Under the pieces are notes generated by a model, which was not told the origin of the DNA, ran no database searches, and saw nothing but the letters and a program-made list of their open reading frames with translations. Shown here in pieces: positions 41,201-49,798 of a stretch of 64,000 nucleotides of DNA (position 1 is its first letter; each line of letters begins with the position of its first letter). Source of the DNA: Tubulanus polymorphus (taxonomy: Eukaryota > Animalia > Nemertea); assembly GCF_964204645.1 (NCBI RefSeq), contig NC_134031.1, positions 14,557,807 through 14,621,806 on the forward strand, written 5' to 3'. The position numbers were made by a program, and so were the translations under genes.

Positions 41201-42939
41201 CGAAAAACTGGCTGTTATCATAAGGTTATGCGTACTGTATTCATACGACATACCTCGGTCTCATCACCGTCGAAACGAGTATCGGTTTTACCTCACAGAA
41301 AACATTTTCGTATTTCGTTTAAAAACAAATTTCGCGGCGCTGCCTCTCAAAACAGAGTGAAAAGAATTCAACCAATAAATTCTTTTCAAAGACGCATAAA
41401 AATCAACATCTGTGTCACGGTTTTAGTCAACACGAAAATTGTGAAATCTATCAATCTTTTCATGAAGGGTCTGCTAAACATTTTTGACTCGTCAATTTTT
41501 ACCCAAGTCTTGAAATCCTTTCTTATTGGACACAATAGAATCAAACTCTTTAGGTAGGCCTATAAATCGAACCTGTCAATCAGGTTTTCAATTAACCAGA
41601 TTTCATTATAGTTAGAAGACCTCGGAGCCAGCCAGTTCTAAAAAGTCTTCCTAAGGTAGCTAAACTACATAATTAGAATCAAACTCTTCAGGTACTGCTA
41701 TAAATCTAACCCGTAACTCAGGTTTCCAATGGACAAAATTTCATAATAGATACAGGACCCTCCGAGCCAGCCAGTTCTAAAAAGTCTTCCTAAGGTAGCT
41801 AAACTACATAGGCCTAATTAGAATCAAACTCTTCAGGTACTCCTATAAATCTAACCCGTAACTCAGGTTTTTAATCAACCAGATTTCATAATAGATACAA
41901 GACCCTCGGAGCCAGCCAGTTCTAAAAAGTCTTCCAGGGTAGGAAAACTACATAATTAGAATCAAACTCTTCAGGTACACCTATAAATCGAACCTGTCAC
42001 TCAAGTTTTCAATTAACCAGATTTCATAAAAGATACAAGACCCTCCGAGCCAGCCAGTTCTAAAACGTCTTCCTAGGTAGATTAACTACATAATTAGAAT
42101 CAAACTCTTCAGGTACTCCTATAAATCTAACCCATAACTCAGGTTTTCAATGGACCAAATTTCATAATAGATACAAGACCCTCTGAGCCAGCCAGTTCTA
42201 AAATGTCTTTCTAGGTAGATAAACTACATAATTAGAATCAAACTCTTCAGGTACACCTATAAATCGAACCTGTCACTCAAGTTTTCAATTAACCAGATTT
42301 CATAAAAGATACAAGACCCTCCGAGCCAGCCAGTTCTAAAACGTCTTCCTAGGTAGATTAACTACATAATTAGAATCAAACTCTTCAGGTACTCCTATAA
42401 ATCTAACCCATAACTCAGGTTTTCAATGGACCAAATTTCATAATAGATACAAGACCCTCTGAGCCAGCCAGTTCTAAAAAGTCTTTCAAGGTAGGTAAAC
42501 TACATAATTACTTAATGGAGGTAAAAGACTCGAATTAAAAATCCCAGACATCTCGCAGGTGCGGAGCAGGATTCCGTCTTTTTTTTATATGAAATATAAC
42601 GAGCGCGCGGGCGGCTGCTGATATTGACTCACCGGGATCGTGGAATGGCACTAATACGTAGTTATACAAAGGTTTATCCCTCCTCGCGAGGGTCGTCCTC
42701 AGAATTTTCGCCGCTCCCTCGATCACCTGTAACAGGTCGTCATACATCGAACCGGTGACGTCGAAAACGAACGCCATCGTCGCCGAACCTTGTGGAATGT
42801 GATTCTTGTCGTCGACGGCGATCGCAGCGGAGTTTCGTTGACGTTGACAGGCGACGAATCCGATCAGAAACAGCATCGACAACAAAACTGACCGTTTCGA
42901 CGTTGCTGCGACAACGGTCATTTTTAAACGCATCGTCAT
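810..42939 (-). CDS. HMCN1: Hemicentin-1-like extracellular matrix protein, 5' part (signal peptide, VWA domain, 23 tandem Ig domains; gene continues past left edge)
   Basis: Exon 1 encodes a hydrophobic leader then [14 protein letters not shown]...[11 protein letters not shown]; exon 2 has [12 protein letters not shown]...[12 protein letters not shown], the hemicentin VWA signature; then repeated I-set Ig units (VPP..C...G.P.P.I.W....D.G.Y.C.A.N.AG). Exons, all GT-AG and phase-consistent: 42633-42939, 33728-33957, 27612-27734, 25026-25194, 23817-24041, 22798-22985, 21688-22027, 21132-21315, 20497-20588, 19192-19467, 18114-18238, 17417-17558, 16890-17069, 16699-16794, 15757-16029, 15039-15317, 14485-14633, 14288-14408, 13010-13306, 11548-11823, 11048-11350, 10227-10511, 9645-9929, 8870-9154, 7881-8165, 7151-7429, 6768-6886, 6146-6308, 5791-6069, 4018-4302, 3083-3367, 2471-2755, 1824-2099, 810-1082 (about 2586 codons). 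Confidence 0.96.
2177..2459. mobile_element. piggyBac-like MITE, copy 1
   Basis: TTAA-CCCTTTCAGTGC...GCACTGAAAGGG-TTAA; homologous copies at 18597-18884 and 34102-34374. Confidence 0.9.
4480..5710 (+). repeat. 47-bp tandem repeat carried by a dispersed MITE family
   Basis: Unit gcttagactggtcttaagttgttagattggttatagaaccaaactga; the family recurs at about 22350-22450, 40560-40895 and, reversed, 53917-54617. Confidence 0.9.
4709..5167. mobile_element. TTAA-targeting (piggyBac-like) non-autonomous element nested in the 47-bp array
   Basis: TTGA-CTCTTTGCCTGCCA...TGACAGGCAATGAG-TTAA, inserted at the ggtcTTAAgttg site of the host unit. Confidence 0.75.
7624..7667 (-). ncRNA. Minimal hammerhead ribozyme motif, family 2
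   Basis: Minus strand TTAGA-CTGAAGA-A-GGGTGGT(agta)ACCACCC-GAAA-TATT-TCTTA: intact core, 7-bp stem II, palindromic AUAU stem III. Flanked by an inverted repeat at about 7570-7592 / 7686-7708. Confidence 0.7.
8545..8810 (+). mobile_element. Dimer of family-1 hammerhead-bearing monomers (both motifs mutated)
   Basis: Cores at 8556-8562 (followed by GAAACATT) and 8717-8723 (CCGAAGA); spacing 161 bp. Confidence 0.7.
11961..12508. repeat. Long inverted repeat (250-bp arms, 48-bp spacer)
   Basis: 11961-12210 is the reverse complement of 12259-12508; the outer ~212 bp match without a visible mismatch and the inner ~38 bp have about 5 mismatches. Confidence 0.95.
12601..12839. mobile_element. GGGCCAGTT-terminal MITE (Harbinger-like, CAG flanks) with a related MITE nested at about 12696-12806
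   Basis: TIR gggctccagttgctcaaaatttggt / accaattttgagcaactggccc, CAG on both sides; relatives at about 10681-10790, 10853-10977, 14861-14985 and 47843-47969. Confidence 0.75.
13405..13814. mobile_element. PIF/Harbinger-like MITE, GC-rich
   Basis: TAA-AGGTAGGGACACACGAGCG...CGCTCGTGTTCCCCTACCT-TAA; 3-bp TAA target duplication; internal aaattcgcc repeats. Confidence 0.85.
15460..15740. repeat. Degenerate ~24-30 bp minisatellite
   Basis: Repeated agggtccaggctgcaggttgtcc units next to the exon 15 donor. Confidence 0.85.
16338..16658. mobile_element. Non-autonomous DNA element; second, reversed copy at about 32150-32412
   Basis: TIR ctgttctccgca / tgcggagaacactg; internal sequence shared with 32150-32412. 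Confidence 0.7.
17136..17390. repeat. 20-bp minisatellite
   Basis: (ttgttgaaatgtcgttgtaa)n, about 12 copies. Confidence 0.9.
18597..18884. mobile_element. piggyBac-like MITE, copy 2
   Basis: TTAA target duplication, CCCTTTCAGTGC TIRs, colinear with 2177-2459. Confidence 0.9.
18982..19164. mobile_element. Tc1/mariner-pogo-like MITE
   Basis: TA-CAGTGGAACCTCGTTATA...TATAACGAGACGTTCCACTG; second copy at 46607-46780. Confidence 0.8.
19955..20393. mobile_element. Non-autonomous element with internal 56-bp tandem repeat, nested in another MITE (about 19919-20441)
   Basis: Ends catggctgtcaac / gtcggcagctctg; 56-bp unit about 5 times; related copy at about 25690-25870; an uninterrupted host-family copy lies at about 50850-50956. 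Confidence 0.65.
24143..24528. repeat. 130-bp tandem repeat, about 3 copies
   Basis: ggaatggtataatctgtaaacctgatagaagcggccggta recurs at 24171, 24301 and 24431. Confidence 0.92.
24714..24960. mobile_element. Inverted pair of pseudo-LTR-like halves, each with a degenerate hammerhead core (family 3)
   Basis: Minus arm TATAC-CTGATGA-GGGGAA(atg)TTCCC-GAAG-ATGTTC (24755 to 24725); plus arm TATAC-CCGATGA-GGGGAA(atg)TTCCT-GAAA-ACGTTT (24913-24948). Confidence 0.6.
25286..25987. mobile_element. CAGGG-terminal non-autonomous element with 45-bp internal tandem repeats
   Basis: 45-bp unit ttgtccaccgggctagtgtaattttatgcctcaaaacctttttac about 6.5 times; a compact relative with a clean 16-bp TIR lies at 56210-56453. 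Confidence 0.7.
27778..28738. repeat. G-rich 30-bp minisatellite
   Basis: (ggtcacaggggtatggtaggagcgcggtactgg-like)n, about 27 units with 26-bp variants, interrupted at about 28483-28615. Confidence 0.95.
28517..28590 (-). mobile_element. tRNA-derived sequence (SINE head or tRNA pseudogene)
   Basis: Minus strand has A box TGGTCTACTGG and B box GGTTCGATCCC with T-arm CCGGG/CCCGG at tRNA spacing; acceptor and anticodon stems are poorly paired. Confidence 0.65.
29509..29553 (+). ncRNA. Hammerhead ribozyme motif, family 1 solo copy with intact core
   Basis: TATTC-CTGAAGA-T-GACTAT(taggat)ATAGTC-GAAA-CGTT-GAAATA; 6-bp stem II. Confidence 0.75.
30525..31032. repeat. 28-bp minisatellite
   Basis: (gggctctatgttcctcagcccaaacact)n, about 18 copies. 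Confidence 0.93.
34102..34374. mobile_element. piggyBac-like MITE, copy 3 (opposite orientation)
   Basis: TTAA-CCCTTCCAGTGC...GCACTGAAAGGG-TTAA. Confidence 0.88.
35795..36315. repeat. Polypurine GA-rich tandem tract
   Basis: About 520 bp of nearly pure A/G; ~39-43 bp unit gaggagacagggaggggatggagagaggaggggagagaaa. Confidence 0.95.
37220..37388. mobile_element. Harbinger-like MITE; second copy at 58885-59040
   Basis: TIR GGGGTCATTCATTTATTACGTACGCATTA / TAATGCGTACGTAATAAATGAATGATCCC, ATA on both flanks. Confidence 0.85.
38135..38495 (-). repeat. Tandem tRNA-like (B-box) units interleaved with (CTGG)n and (CTGA)n microsatellite
   Basis: Four to five units of caggattcgaacccatgaaccctggattgatgagagaccagtg (minus strand GGGTTCGAATCCTG B box); about 18 CTGG repeats at 38187-38260. 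Confidence 0.7.
38934..39531. mobile_element. Foldback-like non-autonomous DNA element with 5-bp target duplication
   Basis: GGTTC-TAC...GTA-GGTTC; imperfect long TIRs; many internal gtcgaaattcgac repeats in both orientations. Confidence 0.65.
41537..42510. repeat. 138-bp satellite-like tandem array (7 copies) in HMCN1 intron 1
   Basis: agaatcaaactc recurs at 41537, 41675, 41820, 41958, 42096, 42234 and 42372. Confidence 0.95.
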
Positions 42940-43518
42940 TTTTCAAAGTAAATAATTTGACTAGACGAATTTTTTCGATGAAAATCGATCTCGTTTTTCA
43001 CACGGCGATTAATAACTAATTAACTGCGCGACTTTCTTCTCAAGTGATTACCATCGCTGTGATTTCTACTTCGCTCGAAAACCGGCTTCAGTTTTGTAGA
43101 AATTCCGCCCTCCTTTATTAGTTTCGGTGACGACCGTGCGCGAGTTACACTAAAGATCCGATCCTCAGTCGTGCGATTATCAATATGACCTATCCATAAT
43201 AATATGGTCAAACATGGCATAAACGCAAATACGAACAGCCTATGGTCGTAGAGTCGCACCTGGTTTATTAATCACTGATAAGACTTTATAATCCCCGTAA
43301 TTCAAAGAGAAATGAGATAAGAGCAAAGTTTATCAGTTATAAGAACCTGACCAACCCTTTCACTCTCTCGGAATCTCCAGATCAAAGTCTCCTGCGTATA
43401 TCAATGTTTATGAAAAACGTGCTCGAAATCCTTTTTGTACCAGCGATATCAGACACACCAGCAGCAGCAGCAGGCATGGGATGCTGGATATGATGTGTGT
43501 GTCTTGCAGCTGGTACAC

Positions 43519-43565
43519 ACAACTGACTGAGAGAGAGGGAGAGAGAGAGAGAGAGGAGAGGGAGA
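43519..43565 (-). promoter_or_regulatory. Candidate HMCN1 core promoter (CT/GAGA tract plus TCAGT initiator)
   Basis: Minus-strand (CT)n tract immediately followed by TCAGTCAGTT, about 590 bp upstream of the ATG. Motif evidence only. Confidence 0.4.
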
Positions 43566-43969
43566 ACAGTTGACCTCATCCCATCTCTAATTCAAAACAG
43601 GTGATGTTATTCTCGCTTCGCCTTCGTCAGTTTTTCGACCTAATTTTTATCCCGGATTTTGATTTAAATGCGTTTAGTCATATATCATTCGAAGACTTGT
43701 TTTTTTTACGTAAAACTGTCACGGGATGATTTCATCTTGTTCAATACACAGAACAATTCAAACCAAGGTATTTTGTGAATGTCTCAGCCGGCTGTATTAC
43801 GCAACATTTTCTGAAAATGACTTATAATAAAAACCGGTATCTGGATGAAAATAAGTTAATTTCATATCCTAATTTCCCTTTCTCTATGTTTCCAGTTCCA
43901 GGCAAATGGAAATGTATCGCAATCTACTACGACTAATTTTCTATTGATAGGCCTAATATGAATAAAAAT

Positions 43970-44182
43970 TGGATAAAAACCCACTTATGAACAATTAAAA
44001 GAATTTAAAATTGAAAATTTATTTTTCAAAAATAAATACACGACGTTACGTTCTCACACTTATCAACGTCAGGTGTTTTTACTTTTTAGAAATAAATTCT
44101 CGATTTTAAATTCTTTTAATCGTTCATAGTGGGTTTTTATCCTATTATCCGTTCACCACGTTTGAGTGTGGTTATCGTACTA
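43970..44182. mobile_element. Inverted pseudo-LTR-like remnant with degenerate hammerhead (family 4); related remnant at about 29913-30058
   Basis: Arms ggataaaaacccact.atgaac.attaaaagaatttaaaat / attttaaattcttttaatcgttcatagtgggtttttatcc; central minus-strand ACAC-CTGACGT...GTAAC-GTC-GTGT. Confidence 0.55.
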
Positions 44183-45832
44183 TGAATAAAAAATGTTGAA
44201 ATCCAGTCTTAGGAATGACCTGGTAGGCCTGATCCATCTTTATTAGACAGAAGGCCAGGAAACCATCAAAGAGGGGTCTAGGAGGCCCCCGCCAGAAAAT
44301 TTTGAGATTTTGGTATTCTTCAAGGCTTGATGACTGTCATGAGGGAATATTCATATTTCTTTTTGAATTTAAATTTAGTGGGAAGTCCTTCTGTTCCAAG
44401 GGGGTCTTATGGTGCTAGAGCACCCCCTTTGGAAATTGTCCTTAGACCAATTTTTTCCGAATTTTCTTGGGGCTGACCAGCAGAGCACCTTTGAAAATCC
44501 TGGATCTGCTTGCCTGCTGGTATCCAGGGCCTGGTTCCACAGGTATGAGTTAGAGTTAACTCAAGAGTTAAAATCAGATCATTTTCAACGTTTTAACCCA
44601 GTCAAATTTAACTCACAACTGTGGAATTGGATCCGCATGTCTTCGATATGAAAACAAAAACTGCTAATCAAAGCAGTCTGAGCAGTGTGACAGGGAATAT
44701 GGAAACCTGACTGTGAGATCTTGGAGTAATCATTTGATTTCAAATGATTACTCCAAGGTGATGAGATGATGTGACAATTGCCTCCTGGGAGCTGATAGCG
44801 TGGCCGTTCATGCCACCAATCTGCTCGTTTAGTTTAACCTAATCGTTGGTGGTAAGCTTTTTCGGGTGGGCTTGTAAAAATATCCGATCGTGAAACTAAA
44901 CCAAAGCCGTCAGGTTACTGACTACTACAGACAGGTTACAGTGACTAAGGTCGATTGTGAACACTGCTTTATATAGTCTCAATGACACTTTCGAGTATTC
45001 TACCTTCCAATTGACAATTTCGTGTGAAGTCACTTCGTGCGCTGATGATTTGATGACTTTCTTTTCATTCATTGCCATCTCTTTCTACCTTGTGTTCACT
45101 CAGCCATGTTTAAAACTATGGAAGACCTCGGACGACATACCGCGCGTTACCGGTAGGCCTACGGGATTGATACAATAGATATCCGGCAGTGACGTCGCCA
45201 CAGGACCAATCAATGAAAATCATTGATCTTTTGAAAATTCGAAAACTGCTTTATTTAAATTTGTAGAAGAAATGGTCCAAAAATTGTAATAGGCATTTAT
45301 TGTGCATGAGTGATGTACTTTAATGTAAAACTCAGTTCATTTCTGATCCAAGTCCTTTTCCCCATCCATGGCATCATCTTTCTTGTCGATTTTCTTCTAG
45401 TTCTTGTCAAATTCCGCCTTGTCCGATATAGTTTCCGAGCCAGGGCCCCGTTTCACAAAAGAATCGTCCTAACCTTAAGACAAATTGAAGAACGTCATTT
45501 GTCCCTGTTCTTCCCTCAATTTGGAAACAACAGTTGCGGGAGGAATGCTCCAGGTAATGAGATCACAAGTCATAAGGTTCAAGCGATGGAGAAAATCCCA
45601 TTACCCGAAGATCCGTGTCCTAGAAGGATTGTCCCTTGAATACAAAGCCATCTCAAAACGAATACAATTTTGAGCCATCTTTTCCACTTGTCGGTTGAAA
45701 TTGAACTAAAGAATCTCGCGCTAAAAAGAATGGAAGTTGTCGTATGAGCTCAACAAAACGGGTATCCTTCCTCGCCTACGGCAACTCAGAATAACTGGGC
45801 CTTGCAAATACGTCTTGAGGCATGCAAAGTCC

Positions 45833-46214
45833 GATTCTAGGACAATTGCCCCCCCCCCCCAGACAATTGCCCCCGAATAAAATCCTTTTTGATTTGGATT
45901 AACGCCACCTAAATACTGTACTTAGAAATTCATTTGTACATTATTGAATATAGATTTATAAGATATAGAATTATCGATGTCGTGTGCAGATCAAAAACTT
46001 TTAATCAGTCCTTGTGTAATTATAATTCACTTACCAAAATAAAGAAAACTTAATAAGTCTACTTATTAGTTAACATTGGCTAATTTATTGGAATTAGTTT
46101 TACTGTTACTTAAGCCAAGTAATTAGCTAGAATTAGTTCACTTTGTCCGATTAATTTGAAGTAAATATCTGTTACTTTAAAAAAATTTAATTGGGGGCAA
46201 TTGTCCTGATACCG
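45833..46214. mobile_element. Non-autonomous element with GGACAATTGCCCCC terminal/subterminal inverted repeats
   Basis: aggacaattgccccc (plus a second copy) ... gggggcaattgtcct; superfamily not assignable. Confidence 0.6.
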
Positions 46215-46447
46215 CGAAGTCCGAGTAAGGTGACGTTATTGTACATCGTCAACTGAACAAACTAAGATCCTACATAAAAAGAATGAAAAGTGGATTCTAT
46301 AATGTGCTATGTGCTCGAAAGAGCTATTGCTGTGGTCGATCAAAAAACAAAAACTATCGATTAGACTTCATTTTCACACGTATCACAAGAAACAGTTTTA
46401 TTATAAAATAAATGCTGCAGACATCGGGAAATAACGATTACATCGGG

Positions 46448-49250
46448 TTAAATTTCGTCCTCGTTCAGTAACATGTTCGGAATTCCGTTTTTAATGTTGA
46501 ATTTTCGCCCGGATTCCGGACATACGAGTTGACCTTCTTTGATCTCAATCTGCCAGAAAAAAAAACGTAAGAAATGTAATAATGGAAACACAGCGATTTT
46601 CTAATACAGTGGAACCTCTTTACAATGAATTTCATGGGACCAGAAAATGTGTTCATTATAACCGATAGTTCGTTATATCCAGTTAGAAAACAATTAAATC
46701 GTCTAAATTGGGACAATATTTCATATTTGTTATATCCGATGAATCATTGTATCAGAGTTCGTCATAACGAGGTTCCACTCAATTTCGGGAATACTACAAG
46801 GTTTATGCCGAGAATGCTGAGAATATTGCAATTGTTTCAGTATTTTGTGAATATAATCAGGAATATATGGATGATAATTAAGGATTACACAAAAAACCCT
46901 AATCTAAAGAGTCTGAAATGACCCCTTTAGCTTTAGTAGATTATTTGACATTTCGACTCCATCTTAATAGACATGTTCAGGAATAATGAGACGAGACTGA
47001 TCAAGTGTTCGTGAAGATGACTTAATTAGGATTAAGTCGAAACGCTGAATAAACTAAATTAGCTCAAAGAAACATCTCAGACTATTTCTATTCTTAGTGC
47101 GGAATGTAATATTAACTTGACACCACAGACTTTGTGGTTATCAAAGGTTTTGTCGAAAAAATTCTAAAAATCTGAGGAAACATTCTCACTTCTAATAAAA
47201 CGTGGTGAGCTTTCTTTAAAAATTCCTCATTTGATTCGAGCGTTTCTGTGTCTGGGATGTCTTTAGGTAAATCCTGGTTGTGACCGACCTGAAAATAAAA
47301 GCCAGATTCAAGAATGATTAGGTGCATAACTAAAAAAGTGTTTATATTGAAAAAGAAACAACTAGGGGAGAGCAGAGAAGCAGGGTCCAGTTTCACGAAA
47401 AAGTCAATCTTCTGGTCGAATAGCTGAATTGGGTACTTCATGCTTTCAATGCGGAAAACAATTCAAACTTAACCGTTTTAAGCTTAAACCTTTTCAAAAA
47501 TAAAACCAGTTCCTGAGATAAAAATGGGCAGGTGTGGTGGGTGTGTTAAGGACACCAATCAAATCAAAACATATCAGACAAAATGTACTAACTAATTAAA
47601 TAACAGGGTCAACCCCTATTTCAATATCAAAGAAAAAACTGAAAACGATTTTTCTCTTCAAACTGGCTCTGGTTACGGGAGAGTCTGCAACTAAACTACG
47701 TACGCGCATACCTAATAGGGTTAGGGTTAGGTGAGGCTATATACAGGGTGTCTCAGAATATGTGTTACCCTTTGCCATAAGGTTACTCATTCATAAACTA
47801 TGATTTTAATTATTAATTTCGGGGGTGATTTTGGTAGACCAGGGGCCAGTTGCTCAAAAGTTGGTTAAAGATAACCGGCTGTTAAATACCGTAGTAATAA
47901 TGAAATTTCAATTGTCACCATATCAACTATCCACTGGTTAACTCTTACTAACTTTTGAGCAACCGGCCCCTGGATGTTTACTTGAGAATGAAATGTTGAA
48001 ATGCAAAAATAAGTCATGCATGACTGAACACTAGCATGTTTATGAATAGCCATTAAAATGGTGTCGAACCAAATTTGCGGATTGTTCTGTTGTGTATGTT
48101 TATTGTTAAATGACCACCTGCCTTTTGGGAAATGATTTAAAATCACAAAATCATTGAATTCCACTCCTTGTGATATTTTTCCTGGCGTGAAATGTAAAAA
48201 CTAAGAAATTCAAAAGACCATCAGCAGGAATCAAGGACTTAGCGTCTGGACTCTTGAAAGTAACAGATTTTGAGAAATACTGAATCTGATGTATCGAAAT
48301 TCAACGTTGAGCTTAACCCTGTGCATTGGTAAAATGGTGATGATAATGAACAAGTCCCAGAGAAGCTTAATAAGTCACCAGTACCAACAATTTTATTAAG
48401 TAGAAACCTGCTTCAGTTGATTTAATTTGTCTGGCCTCAAATTATGTGAAGTGAAAGCGGAAAATTTATCAATAAACGTACATAATGCAATAATCCTTAT
48501 TCCTTGTATTGGTTCGACTCCATTTTAAAGACCATTTAAAAACATGGTATGCTCACCCATGACTCATTTCTTGCATGTAAACATTCCATCCTTGAGTAAA
48601 CATCCAAGTCTACCAACCTACCCCAAAAAATATATATTTCAATTATAGTTAATGAATGAATAATCTTTAAGCTATGGTAACACATTTTCTGAGACACCCG
48701 GTATAAATCAACTCATCTAGCTTGTCATTGTGTGCTGTGGCTTAATTGGTAAAGAAATGGACTATTTTTTCGTTTGGTTTCGAATCTCAAGATTCCAAGT
48801 CAGAATTCTAGTGTATTGTAGCGCTAACCGTACTCTGTAATGGCAGCTTTTGTGCTCCGTTTACAGACCTGGTAACCATAGCCACATCATTTTTCTTTGA
48901 TCTTGGGGTTGAATATTTGAATGGACCGTGATTTTGAAAAGGGCATGTTTGTAAGTACCTGTTCTGCTGCTTGAGAAAGTGCACTCCAGTCTAATTTTGG
49001 GATCATTCTGGCGATGAATTCTGGATTGAAATCTTCCTCTTTCACGCTGACGTCAGACGCCTGAAATGAGATTACGCCTGTTGGTCAATAAAAATAATGA
49101 AAATCATGAATTGGAATTGATTCTTCACCACACGTTTTTCTGAGGAAATGTTTGAATGTTGATCGCACTTACGATAATTCCGAGAGGGTAACCTTTAGTA
49201 ACACCTTTAATTATGTTCGAGGTCAACATGTTGTGAGTTAAAAGCTTCAT
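46448..49250 (-). CDS. TRMT112: Multifunctional methyltransferase subunit TRM112-like protein (126 aa, complete)
   Basis: Exons 49173-49250 (MKLLTHNMLTSNIIKGVTKGYPLGII), 48959-49060 (..DFNPEFIARMIPKLDWSAL..), 47190-47288 (..NEEFLKKAHHVLLE), 46448-46549 (IEIKEGQLVCPESGRKFNIKNGIPNMLLNEDEI*). All introns phase 0; minus-strand AATAAA at 46397-46402. Confidence 0.97.
46607..46780. mobile_element. Tc1/mariner-pogo-like MITE, copy 2
   Basis: TA-CAGTGGAACCTC...GAGGTTCCACT; colinear with 18982-19164. Confidence 0.8.
47744..48701. mobile_element. Tc1/mariner-type deletion derivative with nested MITE (47843-47969)
   Basis: TA-CAGGGTGTCTCAGAATATGTGTTACC...GGTAACACATTTTCTGAGACACCCGG-TA; 26-bp TIR and TA duplication. 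Confidence 0.85.
48733..48790 (+). mobile_element. Degenerate tRNA-derived head
   Basis: A box TGGCTTAATTGG and B box GGTTCGAATC; no intact cloverleaf. Confidence 0.45.
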
Positions 49251-49798
49251 TTCGAAGAGAAACTGTAAGAATCTGTGAGTTATAACAGAAAACACGATCT
49301 TTTCAGAACCCGGAAATGAATTTACTTCCGGGTGTGTACCGTATAAAAACCTCAGTAAAATAAATTAAAAAATATTCAAATAACAAAGTATTCTCTTTAA
49401 ATTAAAGACGTTTTTAGAAGTGAAATATGTTGAATCATATTATAGAATATGAAATTCGTACTGGTTTTATTCAAAATAGTTTAAAATTTAAAGTTGTAAG
49501 GTTTTATTGGCATCGTGTAATTGACGCAACAGTTTGTTGACAGCGTCTTGACAACAAGCAGTACTGAAATCAGCTTCATCTAGGGCTCTAAATACTGCAG
49601 TATTTCGTGCTGAGCCAGTTTGATAACAGTTTTACCCATTCATAGACCAGGTAATTGCGGTTTGTTTTACTGGTTCGATATTTCGAAACGGATTTCAATC
49701 ATTTAAGCACTTAATTTCTCATCATCATCCTGCTGCTAACTTACTTCATTCAGTCTTCATGCATTCCGTTCCGTTCCAGTTAATTATCCTCTGCAAGC
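49251..49798. promoter_or_regulatory. Bidirectional promoter region TRMT112/CFAP157
   Basis: Divergent ATGs 548 bp apart; inverted pair of ETS-type sites ACCCGGAAAT..ACTTCCGGGT at 49308-49333; probable CFAP157 5' UTR intron 49651-49779. Confidence 0.7.

Noticed and set aside
41537-42510. CTGAAGA on the minus strand of each 138-bp unit as a hammerhead
   Set aside because: No closable stem II followed by GAAA and no stem I/III pairing.
47716-47731. Telomeric TTAGGG repeats
   Set aside because: Only about 2.5 units; not an interstitial telomere array.
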